Both the position numbers and the translations under genes were made by a program. Below, piece after piece: positions 31,411-41,042 of a stretch of DNA of 64,000 nt. The DNA lies in assembly GCA_043811375.1 (NCBI GenBank), contig JBDRNJ010000004.1, positions 104,538 to 168,537 on the forward strand, in the 5' to 3' direction. This DNA is from a bacterium (lineage in GTDB: Bacteria; Zixibacteria; MSB-5A5; GN15; FEB-12). The notes beneath the pieces were generated by a model, which was not told the DNA's origin, searched no databases, and saw only the letters and a program-made list of their open reading frames with translations. Numbering within the stretch: position 1 is the first letter of the stretch; every line of letters begins with the position of its first letter.

Positions 31411-32556
31411 CTACGGACAGGGTGGTTGCGGTGACCCGCCCATGAACAAGTAGCCAATGAGCAACATCAGGTCCTCGACGTCGGTCTGGCCGCTACAGTT
31501 CAAATCGCCCCAGGGATAAAGCAGCGAGTTGACTGTCAGCGTAATGTCGATATGATCCACCGGTACTACCACGGCCGGATCCACGCCTACAATATCTATC
31601 GTGCCGTTATGAACACCGACTCCCAGGGAAGCCGAGTTGAACGTCACCTCAACTGAAGCCGGTGTCTGATAGCCGCTCGGTGATGGATCGACTATGACGA
31701 TCCAACTCTCAGAAGGAACCAGGTCGAAATCAACCGGCATGAGCGCCGACGTAAACTCCACCAGGAAAGTATCAGCAAACGTTTGCTGGTAAGTCACCTC
31801 ACCCACCAGTTCCGTCGGCGTAACGAAAAGCGTTTCCGGCGGCAGGTCAACATCATAGTACATAACCACAGGCAGCCAGAGTTCACCATTTCTCTCAATG
31901 CAAACGCGCCACAACGCCGAGCGGTCAACCAGTTCCGGAGCGACATCGCCGTCACCGGAACCGACCCGGTCATACACAATCGAGAAAAACTCGTTGACAC
32001 CGCCGAACTGGCTGTTGCTGATATCGATTCCGATTAAAACCGAGGTATCACCGGGCAAATCACCGTAAGCCTGTATGGAGATATTTGCGGGATTTATCTG
32101 GCTATAGTCAAAAACTCCGTTGGAACCGGCCCCATATTGAAGGAACGGCAGATAGAAACCACTCACGGAATCTTGAAAAGAGGCCACCACCGGCAAACTG
32201 ACCTGGTTGATACCCTCCGGTATCCCCAGCATCCGCGGGAAAAAGACCGTATCATCGGGAGCGCTGTAGAAAGCATAGGTCCCGGAGTCCTCGCAGTTGA
32301 GGTTTCCCATGTGAAACAAATAGTCGCTAATGGCTATGGCGTCGCCGATAGTCACCCACCATATCCCGTCACAATCGGCATTCTCCAGATTGATCGGGGG
32401 TTCACGCGGAACGTCTCTCAGGTATTCAATGACGTAAATGAGGTCCAGGATGTTAATGGTGGAGTCGTCATTGGCATCCCCACACATTTGGCCACTCGCC
32501 GGTGTTGCCACCAGCAATGCGACAGTTAAAGCAGAACATACAAGCATTTTCAGCAT
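31411..32556 (-). CDS. secreted protein with N- and C-terminal dockerin-like motifs and an Ig/BACON-like domain
   Basis: CGDANDDSTINILD; GDLNCSGQTDVEDL. Confidence 0.75.
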   Translation of the reverse strand: MLKMLVCSALTVALLVATPASGQMCGDANDDSTINILDLIYVIEYLRDVPREPPINLENADCDGIWWVTIGDAIAISDYLFHMGNLNCEDSGTYAFYSAPDDTVFFPRMLGIPEGINQVSLPVVASFQDSVSGFYLPFLQYGAGSNGVFDYSQINPANISIQAYGDLPGDTSVLIGIDISNSQFGGVNEFFSIVYDRVGSGDGDVAPELVDRSALWRVCIERNGELWLPVVMYYDVDLPPETLFVTPTELVGEVTYQQTFADTFLVEFTSALMPVDFDLVPSESWIVIVDPSPSGYQTPASVEVTFNSASLGVGVHNGTIDIVGVDPAVVVPVDHIDITLTVNSLLYPWGDLNCSGQTDVEDLMLLIGYLFMGGSPQPPCP

Positions 32557-32618
32557 AGGGGCACCTCTCGCCTTAAAAGATGATCGGTTAAGCCTGACAT
32601 TTGATCGAACGGTACTCT

Positions 32619-32647
32619 AAGATACACGAAAGTCGCCCAGAAGTCAA
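32619..32647 (-). promoter_or_regulatory. sigma70-type promoter
   Basis: TTGACT-17 nt-TATCTT upstream of the 32556 start. Confidence 0.55.
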
Positions 32648-32676
32648 TACAAAGGCCGGGTGACCCAAGCCCCTTG

Positions 32677-32943
32677 GGGCCTGTTAATAAACAGAACAAA
32701 CGTCATATCGGGCATAATAGCCAATTTATGTTGTTTTTTATGTTTGAAGTTATTGATATAGATAATGTTAGGTTAAAAGGTATTGAAGGGGTTTAGTCAT
32801 GGGTCAAAAAATGGTGTCGGAAATGCGGGGCCCGAGAGGCGATTCGGTATGGTCATTGTAGTAAAGGAAAGCAGCGTTGGTATTGTCATGCCTGTCATTC
32901 GACATTCAATATCCGAGATTGCTACGCTTACGCTCGCGATTGA
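32677..32943 (+). mobile_element. IS relic: left end plus transposase N-terminal zinc ribbon (IS256-variant/IS1-like)
   Basis: GGGCCTGTTAATAAA end-like sequence at the GC drop; frame from 32812 reads WCRKCG..IRYGHCSKGKQRWYCHACHSTF then stops. Confidence 0.6.
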
Positions 32944-33080
32944 CGAGAACAGATCTTTTTCAACAAGACCACTCTATTCAGAAACATTATCTTCTTCGAC
33001 GAGACGAAACCTTCTGTCTTTATCCTGTCGAAGTGCTCTTGCCTGGACTTGCAGATGTCCTGAGGGAATTCGAGTTCCTA

Positions 33081-35309
33081 CTATTTCTTCTTATGTCTGG
33101 TTGATTTGTCGGTTTCCTCCAGAGATCTCGCCAGGATAACCTTCTTCGATTTATCCGATATCGGCAGGGATTTGAAAGGACGCACACGCAGAGGACAGTT
33201 CGGTTCATTTACATGCGTGTGGGCTTTTTCCCAGATACCATCTATGGCACGAGTGACATTGTGGTAAATACTGTTTTCGCCAATTTTTGCCGTCAAACCT
33301 GTTTTTTCCAAGACATCAAGCACGGCATCATTGAAACCACTGATTGAAAACCCAAGTCCCTGTCCATGCAGGCGATCAATTAACACTGACAGAGCATCAA
33401 CCCCGGAAGCATCGAGTTCGTTGATGCCATTGCCTACTATCAGTACATGCCGAAGGTGGGGCATGCTGCGCACGGATTGAAGGACCTGCTTTTCGAGGTA
33501 GTCCACGTTGGCGAATATCAGTGACCCAGCATATCTTATAACCACAATGTAAGGACACTGTTTGAGATCGAAGCGGAGGCGATTTCTGTAGGTGCCGTCT
33601 AAGTGTAACGATAGTATGGCAATAGCCGGCTTCATGTTGCGTATCAGGTATAGTAACAGAGAAAGGACGACGCCTATTAAGATTCCTCGCTCAAGGTGTG
33701 GAGCGAACGCCAGCGTGCATACGAATGTAGTCAGGCCGATAAACCCATCGTACCATTGTGCTCGCCAGGCATGAACGAAGGACTTCAGGTTCAACAAACC
33801 CACAACCGCCATCATGATTATCGCGGCCAGCACTGACTGTGGGAGGTAATACAAGAGTGGTGTAAGAAACAGCAGCACGACTAATACAACCAGACTGCTG
33901 AACACGTTGGAAAGGCCGGTTACGGCACCCGCTTGGATATTGACAGCCGATCGGGAGAACGACCCGGAAACAGCATAGCTGTGACTGAAGGCTCCAAAGA
34001 TATTAGCCAGGCCTTGTCCGATAAGTTCCTGGTTCGCATCCAATCGCTGGCCAGTCTTTGCCGCCATGGCCTTGGCTATGGAAATTGCCTCCATGAACCC
34101 CAGGAGGGAGATGATTATAGCAATGGGCAGCAGGCTGAATACTGCCGTGAGATCAAAACGGGGACATGCCAACTCTGGAAGTCCCTGGGGAATGATTCCC
34201 ACAACAGTTCCTCCGCTCGAGATCGCCAGGGAGTTGAGAGCCAGTTGATCGTTTCCTACTTTAAGACACCAGCAGCGACCATCGGTGTCAAGTTCCGAAG
34301 GGACCTCTGCGTTAAGGTAGAAAAGCCTCTGGTTGAGCGAATCGTTCGTCGCGACAAGATTGCATCTCCTGAGCCAGGCACGGTACTTTCGAACATCTTC
34401 CTTGAGTCGGTTAAGATCAACGTTGGAAAGAGTAATCTGTTGTTCGATATCCAACACTTCGTGATCAACACCACTCCTGTTGTGAGTGAGGCTGTCGAGC
34501 TTCGCTCGAAGAGAGATACGTTCTGCAGCAATCGAATCTGTCAAGGCAATCGCGGCATTGAAGCTCTCAAGAACGCCCCTGACCTCCTTCGATTCTATTT
34601 GCTCAATCGATGTATTTGAGGTTCTTTCAAAACCCGTTCCCAACGAAATGAGAGTAGTCACTACTACTGCAATCAATACGCTCGGGATACGTGGATTGAC
34701 CCGCCTTAAAATGATCATTATGGAAAACGCCAGGATTCCCAAAGCGAGTGTTGGCCAATGTGTATAGGCAATTGCCTCTCGAATTACGTTAGCAATCGTT
34801 TCATAATGATGTACACCCTTGTCTACGTCAACGCCAAACAGCTTCGAGAGTTGTGAAGAGGCAATAATTAATGCCGCGGCATTCGTAAACCCGCTGACAA
34901 CCGGATGCGAGAGGAAGTTGACAACCAAGCCCAGTCTTAAGAGACCCAACGTCAACTGAAACATGCCGACCAGAAGCGCCAGCAGGATAGCATAAGCGAT
35001 GAATGATTCACTACCCGCTGTGGCAATGGGCTCGAGGGCAGTAGCCGTCATCAAGGAGACAACCGCAACCGGCCCGGTAGCCAGCTGCCTGCTTGAACCG
35101 AAAAGCGCCGCGATCATTGGTGGAATGAAGGCGGCATATAAACCGTAGTACGCAGGGAGCCCTGCCAGTTGGGCGTACGCCATCGATTGCGGGATCAGTA
35201 CCAGGGCAACGGTTAACCCTCCGATCAGGTCACGACGGAAATAGTTGCGCGTATATCCCTGGAACCACTCGAAGAATGGAAAGATCTTGAAGCCTAGTTT
35301 CGAAACCAT
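33081..35309 (-). CDS. SulP-family anion transporter with STAS domain
   Basis: LIPQSMAYAQLAGLP, QLATGP, GSFSRSA, C-terminal STAS. Confidence 0.95.
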   Translation of the reverse strand: MVSKLGFKIFPFFEWFQGYTRNYFRRDLIGGLTVALVLIPQSMAYAQLAGLPAYYGLYAAFIPPMIAALFGSSRQLATGPVAVVSLMTATALEPIATAGSESFIAYAILLALLVGMFQLTLGLLRLGLVVNFLSHPVVSGFTNAAALIIASSQLSKLFGVDVDKGVHHYETIANVIREAIAYTHWPTLALGILAFSIMIILRRVNPRIPSVLIAVVVTTLISLGTGFERTSNTSIEQIESKEVRGVLESFNAAIALTDSIAAERISLRAKLDSLTHNRSGVDHEVLDIEQQITLSNVDLNRLKEDVRKYRAWLRRCNLVATNDSLNQRLFYLNAEVPSELDTDGRCWCLKVGNDQLALNSLAISSGGTVVGIIPQGLPELACPRFDLTAVFSLLPIAIIISLLGFMEAISIAKAMAAKTGQRLDANQELIGQGLANIFGAFSHSYAVSGSFSRSAVNIQAGAVTGLSNVFSSLVVLVVLLFLTPLLYYLPQSVLAAIIMMAVVGLLNLKSFVHAWRAQWYDGFIGLTTFVCTLAFAPHLERGILIGVVLSLLLYLIRNMKPAIAILSLHLDGTYRNRLRFDLKQCPYIVVIRYAGSLIFANVDYLEKQVLQSVRSMPHLRHVLIVGNGINELDASGVDALSVLIDRLHGQGLGFSISGFNDAVLDVLEKTGLTAKIGENSIYHNVTRAIDGIWEKAHTHVNEPNCPLRVRPFKSLPISDKSKKVILARSLEETDKSTRHKKK

Positions 35310-35467
35310 ATCCCATTCACCGGAATCAAGAACGGCATCCGAGTCGATTCACACCCAGGTAGCACTGTTCCTGCTGCGGTTGCAGAAAACCGTACGGATG
35401 GAAGCTGGGCTTACCTGTGCTAAAGCGTTGAACCCGACTGACAAAAGGATGACTTACGCTGGCCAAT

Positions 35468-35899
35468 CTACCAACCTTTGCGTTTCACGATTTTTTCGAC
35501 CATGTCATCCATTTTTGCTTCCGTAAGGGCCGTTTTCCGTGATTTAGCGTCGTCAATCCTCGTGATCAATGTGTCGATTTTGACCGGCTTTTCGAGGAAC
35601 TCAAAGGCACCACTCCTCATGGCTTCTATTCCCTTGTCGACAGTTGCCCGGCCGGTTAAGAGGATAACCTGTAAGTCAGCATTGAGTGACAACATGCGCT
35701 TCAGAGTCTCGATGCCGTCCATACCGGGCATAGCCAGATCCAATACAATGGCGTGATACGCCTTGGATGTCACGAATTCCAACGCCTCCTGACCACTGAA
35801 GGCAGTATCCACCACCAAGCCGCGATTTCGCATTCGCTCGGCGAGGGTATCGACAAAATCAATCTCATCGTCCACGATTAATACTTTTGTATTCTCCAT
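35468..35899 (-). CDS. response regulator (REC only)
   Basis: VDDE, LDLAMPGMDG, LTG, KP. Confidence 0.92.
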   Translation of the reverse strand: MENTKVLIVDDEIDFVDTLAERMRNRGLVVDTAFSGQEALEFVTSKAYHAIVLDLAMPGMDGIETLKRMLSLNADLQVILLTGRATVDKGIEAMRSGAFEFLEKPVKIDTLITRIDDAKSRKTALTEAKMDDMVEKIVKRKGW

Positions 35900-35970
35900 G
35901 GGATGATAACTCCTGACTTCAATCCCTACATACGTTCATTCTTAACACATATTTACATATATGAGCTTCA

Positions 35971-36645
35971 TCACTGATGTCGAATCGGCACTATTACATT
36001 AATGCTAAGGCGTCCGTCACTTATGAGTTCTGAGACCTCGGCCGGGATTCGGGATAGCAGGTTGGAAAGATCTCCATCGTTTGACGAATCCGAGACAGCA
36101 TCTCCACACTGGACCTCAATAGTTACTTCAGCTTTTTCATCCTGTTGTGACAATCGGACATTCAGTACTTCATCCCGGTCGCCCAATGATAGAGCCCTCT
36201 TGATGCAGAGGAAAAGCACATGCGAAAGAAGGAGAGGATTGGTCGTGACCATAATGCTATGATTGGGTAAGGATGTCTTCAACTCGATTCTCTGCATATT
36301 GGCAATACGCTGTGTCAGGTTTGTCAGATTTTCTATCACGTCGTTTAAGTTGCACTCAACAGTGATATGGTCACCCATATGAGCAAAGGCGTTCAGGCGT
36401 TTGATCAGTGTTATGCCTCGTTCCGTCTGCTTATCGACTCTATCAGCGAGTGTTTTTAGTCTCTCTGTTGCAACCGTTACTTCTGCTGTCGGTGTCGCAG
36501 CCAGATCGTCAAACAGTCCGGCTACCTGGTCGATCGTGCCCAGCACATTGTTCAACTCATGCGTCACTGAGGCCGTAATCTCACCGGAAAACGCCAGGCA
36601 GGCATACAAAAGACGATCGTCGGTATCGCTATTACTGTTATTCAT
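35971..36645 (-). CDS. histidine-kinase-like protein with degenerate ATPase domain
   Basis: H-box THELNNVL present; N/G1/G2 boxes not recognisable. Confidence 0.7.
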   Translation of the reverse strand: MNNSNSDTDDRLLYACLAFSGEITASVTHELNNVLGTIDQVAGLFDDLAATPTAEVTVATERLKTLADRVDKQTERGITLIKRLNAFAHMGDHITVECNLNDVIENLTNLTQRIANMQRIELKTSLPNHSIMVTTNPLLLSHVLFLCIKRALSLGDRDEVLNVRLSQQDEKAEVTIEVQCGDAVSDSSNDGDLSNLLSRIPAEVSELISDGRLSINVIVPIRHQ

Positions 36646-37009
36646 TGGCCTTGATGGCTTCTTTCATCTTCATTAGAAGCTCGGAAATGTCAATCGGCTT
36701 TGGCAGGAAATCATAAGCGCCCTCCGGTTTGTCGTATTCCTGTTTATCGCCGGACCCGTGCCCGGTTATCATGAGTACCGGCAAGTGCGGATAGGCTTTT
36801 CTTATGATGTGCAGCAGTTCCTCGCCGGACATGCCGGGTAGTTTTAGATCAACTACTACCACATCAAATGATACCTTTTGCAGCATCTCCAGAGCCTTTT
36901 CCCCGTCAACTGCATATTCAGCCGAGACCCCGCGGTAATCCAGCCGCTCCACGAGAGTGGAAACCAATTCTTCTTCATCGTCAACCAGCAAAACTCGAAA
37001 ACCACTCAT
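36638..37009 (-). CDS. response regulator (REC only)
   Basis: VDDE, VDLKLPG, ITGHG, KP. Confidence 0.92.
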   Translation of the reverse strand: MSGFRVLLVDDEEELVSTLVERLDYRGVSAEYAVDGEKALEMLQKVSFDVVVVDLKLPGMSGEELLHIIRKAYPHLPVLMITGHGSGDKQEYDKPEGAYDFLPKPIDISELLMKMKEAIKANE

Positions 37010-37022
37010 AGCGATACGCTCC

Positions 37023-38726
37023 CTAATCTACTTTTTCGATCGGAAGGCTGACCGTGAAACAGGTTCCTTTGCCAACCTCGCTGGTTACTTCGATCAGTCC
37101 TCCCAGCTTTTCAACGATGTCTCGTGTGATCGACAATCCGAGCCCCGTACCAGCCTCGCCTTTCGTTGAAAAGAACGGTTCAAAGATGCTGTTCAGATCA
37201 CTTTCATCAATGCCGGCACCGTTGTCGCTGATCGTCACCGCCACCTCATTACTGTTTGGCTGACTGATAACTATGTCAATCCGCCCTCCATCCCCAACTG
37301 CGGCGTAGGCATTACTTATGAGATTCAAGAAGACCTGCTGTAATTGTCCTCTGTCACTTTCAATTGTTTGAATATCCGGAGCAGCCTCATGGTTAATTTG
37401 AATACTGCGGTGCGAGGCTTCAGTTATCTGAAACTCAAGGACATCATTCAATAGCGAGGCAATGTCTATCTGCTCCTTACTGGTATCCATGCGTCGACCG
37501 AATCCCAACAGCCGGCGGGTAACCCGGCTGCAGCGATCCACAGAAGCAGTTATTGAGTCCACAATACCAAGGATCTTGTCTCGCTTGGGAAAGTCTGCTG
37601 AGTGTATGGCAATATCCTTCATAAGTCCGGCTTTTTCATTTATGATAGCCAGGGGATTATTGATTTCGTGGGCAACGCCGGCCGCCAGTCTTCCCAACGT
37701 CGCCATCTTGTTTGTGTACTCTATGTTGTGAAAGATTTTTGCCCGCCGTGCGTCTGATTCTCGAAGGCGATTCACAATGTGTCTGGAACGCATGTAAACA
37801 ACCAGTAGGATGCCGGCAACGCTGACCACCAGGAACCATATCACGTCCGAACGTTGATAGAGCCAATGCTTGTATGCTGCTTGATGTCGAGACACGGCCA
37901 CCAGAACAAAGGGAGTACCCTCGACGTAGGCAAAGCCGGATGTTATTGCGCCGCCGTTCAACTGCTTCTGCTCGTTGATGATCTCCCGGTCTCGGATATG
38001 CGGAGGAATGACCAGGTCAATACTGTCCAGTACGGTGCCATAGAATGCTGAGACGGTCTGAAGGATACCGTGATCGTTAACAACAAAAGCATCCATACCC
38101 TTAGCCATGTCAAGCGAATATAACTGGCGACTGAGCAGTTCATTATCAATCGTTGCTCTCAGCACGTAAAAATCACCATTCTCCAATTCGCGTGTCACAG
38201 CTATTACAAAGTGGGGGAAATTACGATAGCCCATGAAGACGTCACTTACATAGACACCTCTTAAAGATACTGCATGAAACCACGGTTGATCCTTGTAGTT
38301 TACACCTGTCAACTCATAGGGGCCGGCATAGTAGGATAGGTTGCCGTTACTGCCTATAAGACCGAGATCGACGAAGTCGCCAAAAGATTCCCTCAAGTCC
38401 CTGAGAATCGCCATAAGGCGAGCATCATCACTCAATTCCTCTTGGGATCGTCCTCTGGCGATGAGCGACAGAACAGCGCGACGTTCTTCGATGGCAAACT
38501 GCAGCGACCGCTTGGTGTTAGATAAAAGCCGAGATATTGCATAGCGACGCTCTGTACTGTAGGCGGTCGCGTCCTGGCGATAGTTGATAGCTGCCATAAT
38601 AACGAGTGGAATCAGCGCTGCAAGGAATGGAATCAGGACGAGGTATCGTTGCAGGCGACGGTATCTAGGTAAAGTGCTCTGCTGAGTTGAGGGCGACGGC
38701 GGGTTTGCTGGTGCAGATGTACTCAT
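37023..38726 (-). CDS. Cache-domain sensor histidine kinase
   Basis: Two TMs, AHEINNPL, DNGAG, FEPFFSTK, GTGLGL. Confidence 0.93.
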   Translation of the reverse strand: MSTSAPANPPSPSTQQSTLPRYRRLQRYLVLIPFLAALIPLVIMAAINYRQDATAYSTERRYAISRLLSNTKRSLQFAIEERRAVLSLIARGRSQEELSDDARLMAILRDLRESFGDFVDLGLIGSNGNLSYYAGPYELTGVNYKDQPWFHAVSLRGVYVSDVFMGYRNFPHFVIAVTRELENGDFYVLRATIDNELLSRQLYSLDMAKGMDAFVVNDHGILQTVSAFYGTVLDSIDLVIPPHIRDREIINEQKQLNGGAITSGFAYVEGTPFVLVAVSRHQAAYKHWLYQRSDVIWFLVVSVAGILLVVYMRSRHIVNRLRESDARRAKIFHNIEYTNKMATLGRLAAGVAHEINNPLAIINEKAGLMKDIAIHSADFPKRDKILGIVDSITASVDRCSRVTRRLLGFGRRMDTSKEQIDIASLLNDVLEFQITEASHRSIQINHEAAPDIQTIESDRGQLQQVFLNLISNAYAAVGDGGRIDIVISQPNSNEVAVTISDNGAGIDESDLNSIFEPFFSTKGEAGTGLGLSITRDIVEKLGGLIEVTSEVGKGTCFTVSLPIEKVD

Positions 38727-38835
38727 AATCAGTTAATTCTCCTGAGATGGCCTTAACTGGTCACCGAACCCCCGGTGGTGCAGTGCCTCCAGTTGCCCCA
38801 AGGTCAACAGCAACCGGCCGTTGGTCAGTCTGATA

Positions 38836-40038
38836 CTACTTACGGCCATGCACATAGGCTTCCTTCATAATCTGTGCAAGTTCATTGACATCTACGGGCT
38901 TATGTAAGTATGCGAATGCCCCCAACTCTTCGGCTGCTGCCTGTTCACGTTTGGAACCATGACCGGTCAAGATGATAACTTCAATCTCCGGGTGATGTTC
39001 CTTGACACGCCTCAGGGTTTCGATACCGTCAATTCCCGGCATCTTGAGATCCAATACGATCACATCAGGAACATCCATCTTCAACATCTCAAGGGCCTGT
39101 TCACCATCGTACGCGATTGAAGATTCGAGGTTCCGCGTCTGCAATCGCTCGGAGAGAGTATGGACGAAATCTTTTTCATCATCAACGAGCAATATCTTCG
39201 GAGAGGTCTCAATATCATCCCATGGATTCAGCGAAGGTGGACTGTATTTCGATCCAAGTTTGGTCGTGACCTCCTTTACGCCGGGAATCACAGCCGCAAT
39301 GCGCTTTAGCTTGTCCTGGAGTCGGTTCATCCTGAGAGGCTGTTCGTTCACCCCAATAATCACATGCCCATTTTCTGAAAAAACCTCTACGTTGTGGCCC
39401 GCTTCGGTGAGAGCGACTTTTACCTTCGTACTCAAAAGGAAATCTCTCGCCGCCTCTCGGGACCAGTCAGTCGTTTTTATGGCATCGGAAAGCGCTTGGT
39501 CGCAGATTAGTTGCACCGCCTGATCGACCGACGTCTTGTTCATTGGGATCACTATATCGTACAGACTGTCATCATACGCTGGCTTCTGGAACAGGTGAGT
39601 CGTACAGGCAGTTATATGCTTGTCATATTCCCGTATTCTGGCCCGGGCATCGGTTTCAGAAAGCCCCTCGGTCTTGACAGCCTCGTTGACTCGGAAACTG
39701 AGATCAGCGATGATACATACCCTCAGAATGTGGGAGATGTTGCCGGGAATCAGGTACCCAACCCACCCGCTTAGGACAGCATTGTCAGTCTGGATCGACT
39801 CAGCCAGGGTTGCCTCGAGATAGGTCAGGTTTTTCTCCTGTTCCCGTGTAAGCTTGTTTAGAAACAGGTCGTGACTGCTCAGGGAATGGAGCATCTTGCT
39901 CCCACGAATCTGGTATCGCTCAGACGTGAGGGTAAACAGTTTCTCATCAATCCGTTCATAATTAAGCCGTTTTAAAGAATGAGAAACAACATCCTCACCG
40001 TTGCAATAAGACCCGTTGATAACTGTAATCACTGCCAT
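38836..40038 (-). CDS. cytidylate-kinase-like + BON-like + REC response regulator
   Basis: MAVITV..G N-terminus, LYDIVI, C-terminal REC. Confidence 0.8.
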   Translation of the reverse strand: MAVITVINGSYCNGEDVVSHSLKRLNYERIDEKLFTLTSERYQIRGSKMLHSLSSHDLFLNKLTREQEKNLTYLEATLAESIQTDNAVLSGWVGYLIPGNISHILRVCIIADLSFRVNEAVKTEGLSETDARARIREYDKHITACTTHLFQKPAYDDSLYDIVIPMNKTSVDQAVQLICDQALSDAIKTTDWSREAARDFLLSTKVKVALTEAGHNVEVFSENGHVIIGVNEQPLRMNRLQDKLKRIAAVIPGVKEVTTKLGSKYSPPSLNPWDDIETSPKILLVDDEKDFVHTLSERLQTRNLESSIAYDGEQALEMLKMDVPDVIVLDLKMPGIDGIETLRRVKEHHPEIEVIILTGHGSKREQAAAEELGAFAYLHKPVDVNELAQIMKEAYVHGRK

Positions 40039-40518
40039 GCCGTTACCCTCATACTCCATCTTTCCGCAGAAACCATTCAATAATAATATATTGGTGGCTT
40101 AGATGCAAATATTGTAATCACGAATTGCCATAAATAAAATGTTGTAGATGTCAAGTAATTCGCGGACAGTTTTAATTGACGGTGGCCGGTGTTTGTCCGT
40201 CCAGGGTCTGGTGGGGCCGTTCGTGGTTGTAGTATCGCTGGAGCAAGGACTTCCTGGAGGCCGGAAAGAATCATCTTACCGGGGATACAACTCGTGAAGC
40301 GACCAGTTCTGTGCAATCTTCCTGGAGCGGCCAGTCTTCTTCCGGATGCGTCGGCCACTGACTCGTATATCCAGGTACCAGATTCGTCCATGTTTGTAGA
40401 TTCGCCCCATAGAAAGTGTCTTCAGCTTGGTACAGATTGGGCGCAACTACATCACACTCCCAGTAGCGCACATTTTAAGATATTGTCAAGTAGGAAGTTA
40501 CAGAATTACACAGAAATA

Positions 40519-40538
40519 TGGCGGAGAGGCAGGGATTC
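40519..40538 (-). mobile_element. att-core-like duplicate of a tRNA-Ser 3' end
   Basis: Minus strand GAATCCCTGCCTCTCCGCCA (T-arm half, acceptor stem, G discriminator, CCA); no 5' tRNA body. Confidence 0.75.
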
Positions 40539-40609
40539 AACGACCGGCATTTCTGGTAACTTCTTGGTTTCTAACAAAATGCGTGTATATCATTGCCATT
40601 ACAACCGTT

Positions 40610-40690
40610 AAGTTGCATCAAGTTCCGTCAAGTTACTTCAAGTACAAGCAAGTTGCGTGAAGTTCATTGTTAGAAAATCGTTAGAAAATC
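40610..40690 (+). repeat. six AAGT units at exact 10-bp period, then tandem GTTAGAAAATC x2
   Basis: AAGT at 40610, 40620, 40630, 40640, 40650, 40660; 11-mers at 40669 and 40680; inverted TTTCTAAC at 40568. Confidence 0.8.
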
Positions 40691-41042
40691 GAGTGAGGCG
40701 ATTCTGTCATTTTCGGGGAAAACTGGCTGAAATCAAACAAAGGTAGTAAATTAGCTGGTGGGCTCGAGACAGGAACTCGAAGCCTAGCAATGAAGCTGAG
40801 CAGTGCGACAGCATACGATCAGTCTCGCAATGGGCTCTGGGTCTAGGGCGTCGCGTACGGTTATTACTTCTTCGAGTTAAACAAAGAGGGCCAGTGAACC
40901 TGAGATGACTCCTGTCACCGGCCCTCACGCTTACGGAATCACCGCTTCCTCAGTGCGGGACAACGGGTTGGGTTCCTTTTCACCACATCACTCCAAGAGA
41001 GAGCGAACTGACGGAACGACTATCTCGGCCTACATGAACTGA

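Noticed and set aside
17242..32556. Diversity-generating retroelement acting on dockerin repeats
   Set aside because: No reverse transcriptase and no adenine-specific TR/VR pair seen
40460..40620. Intact tRNA-Ser gene
   Set aside because: Only the last 20 nt match; no D-arm, anticodon arm or 5' acceptor strand
40610..40690. Possible CRISPR array
   Set aside because: Units are 10-11 bp with no 25-40 bp repeats or spacers, and no cas genes are present
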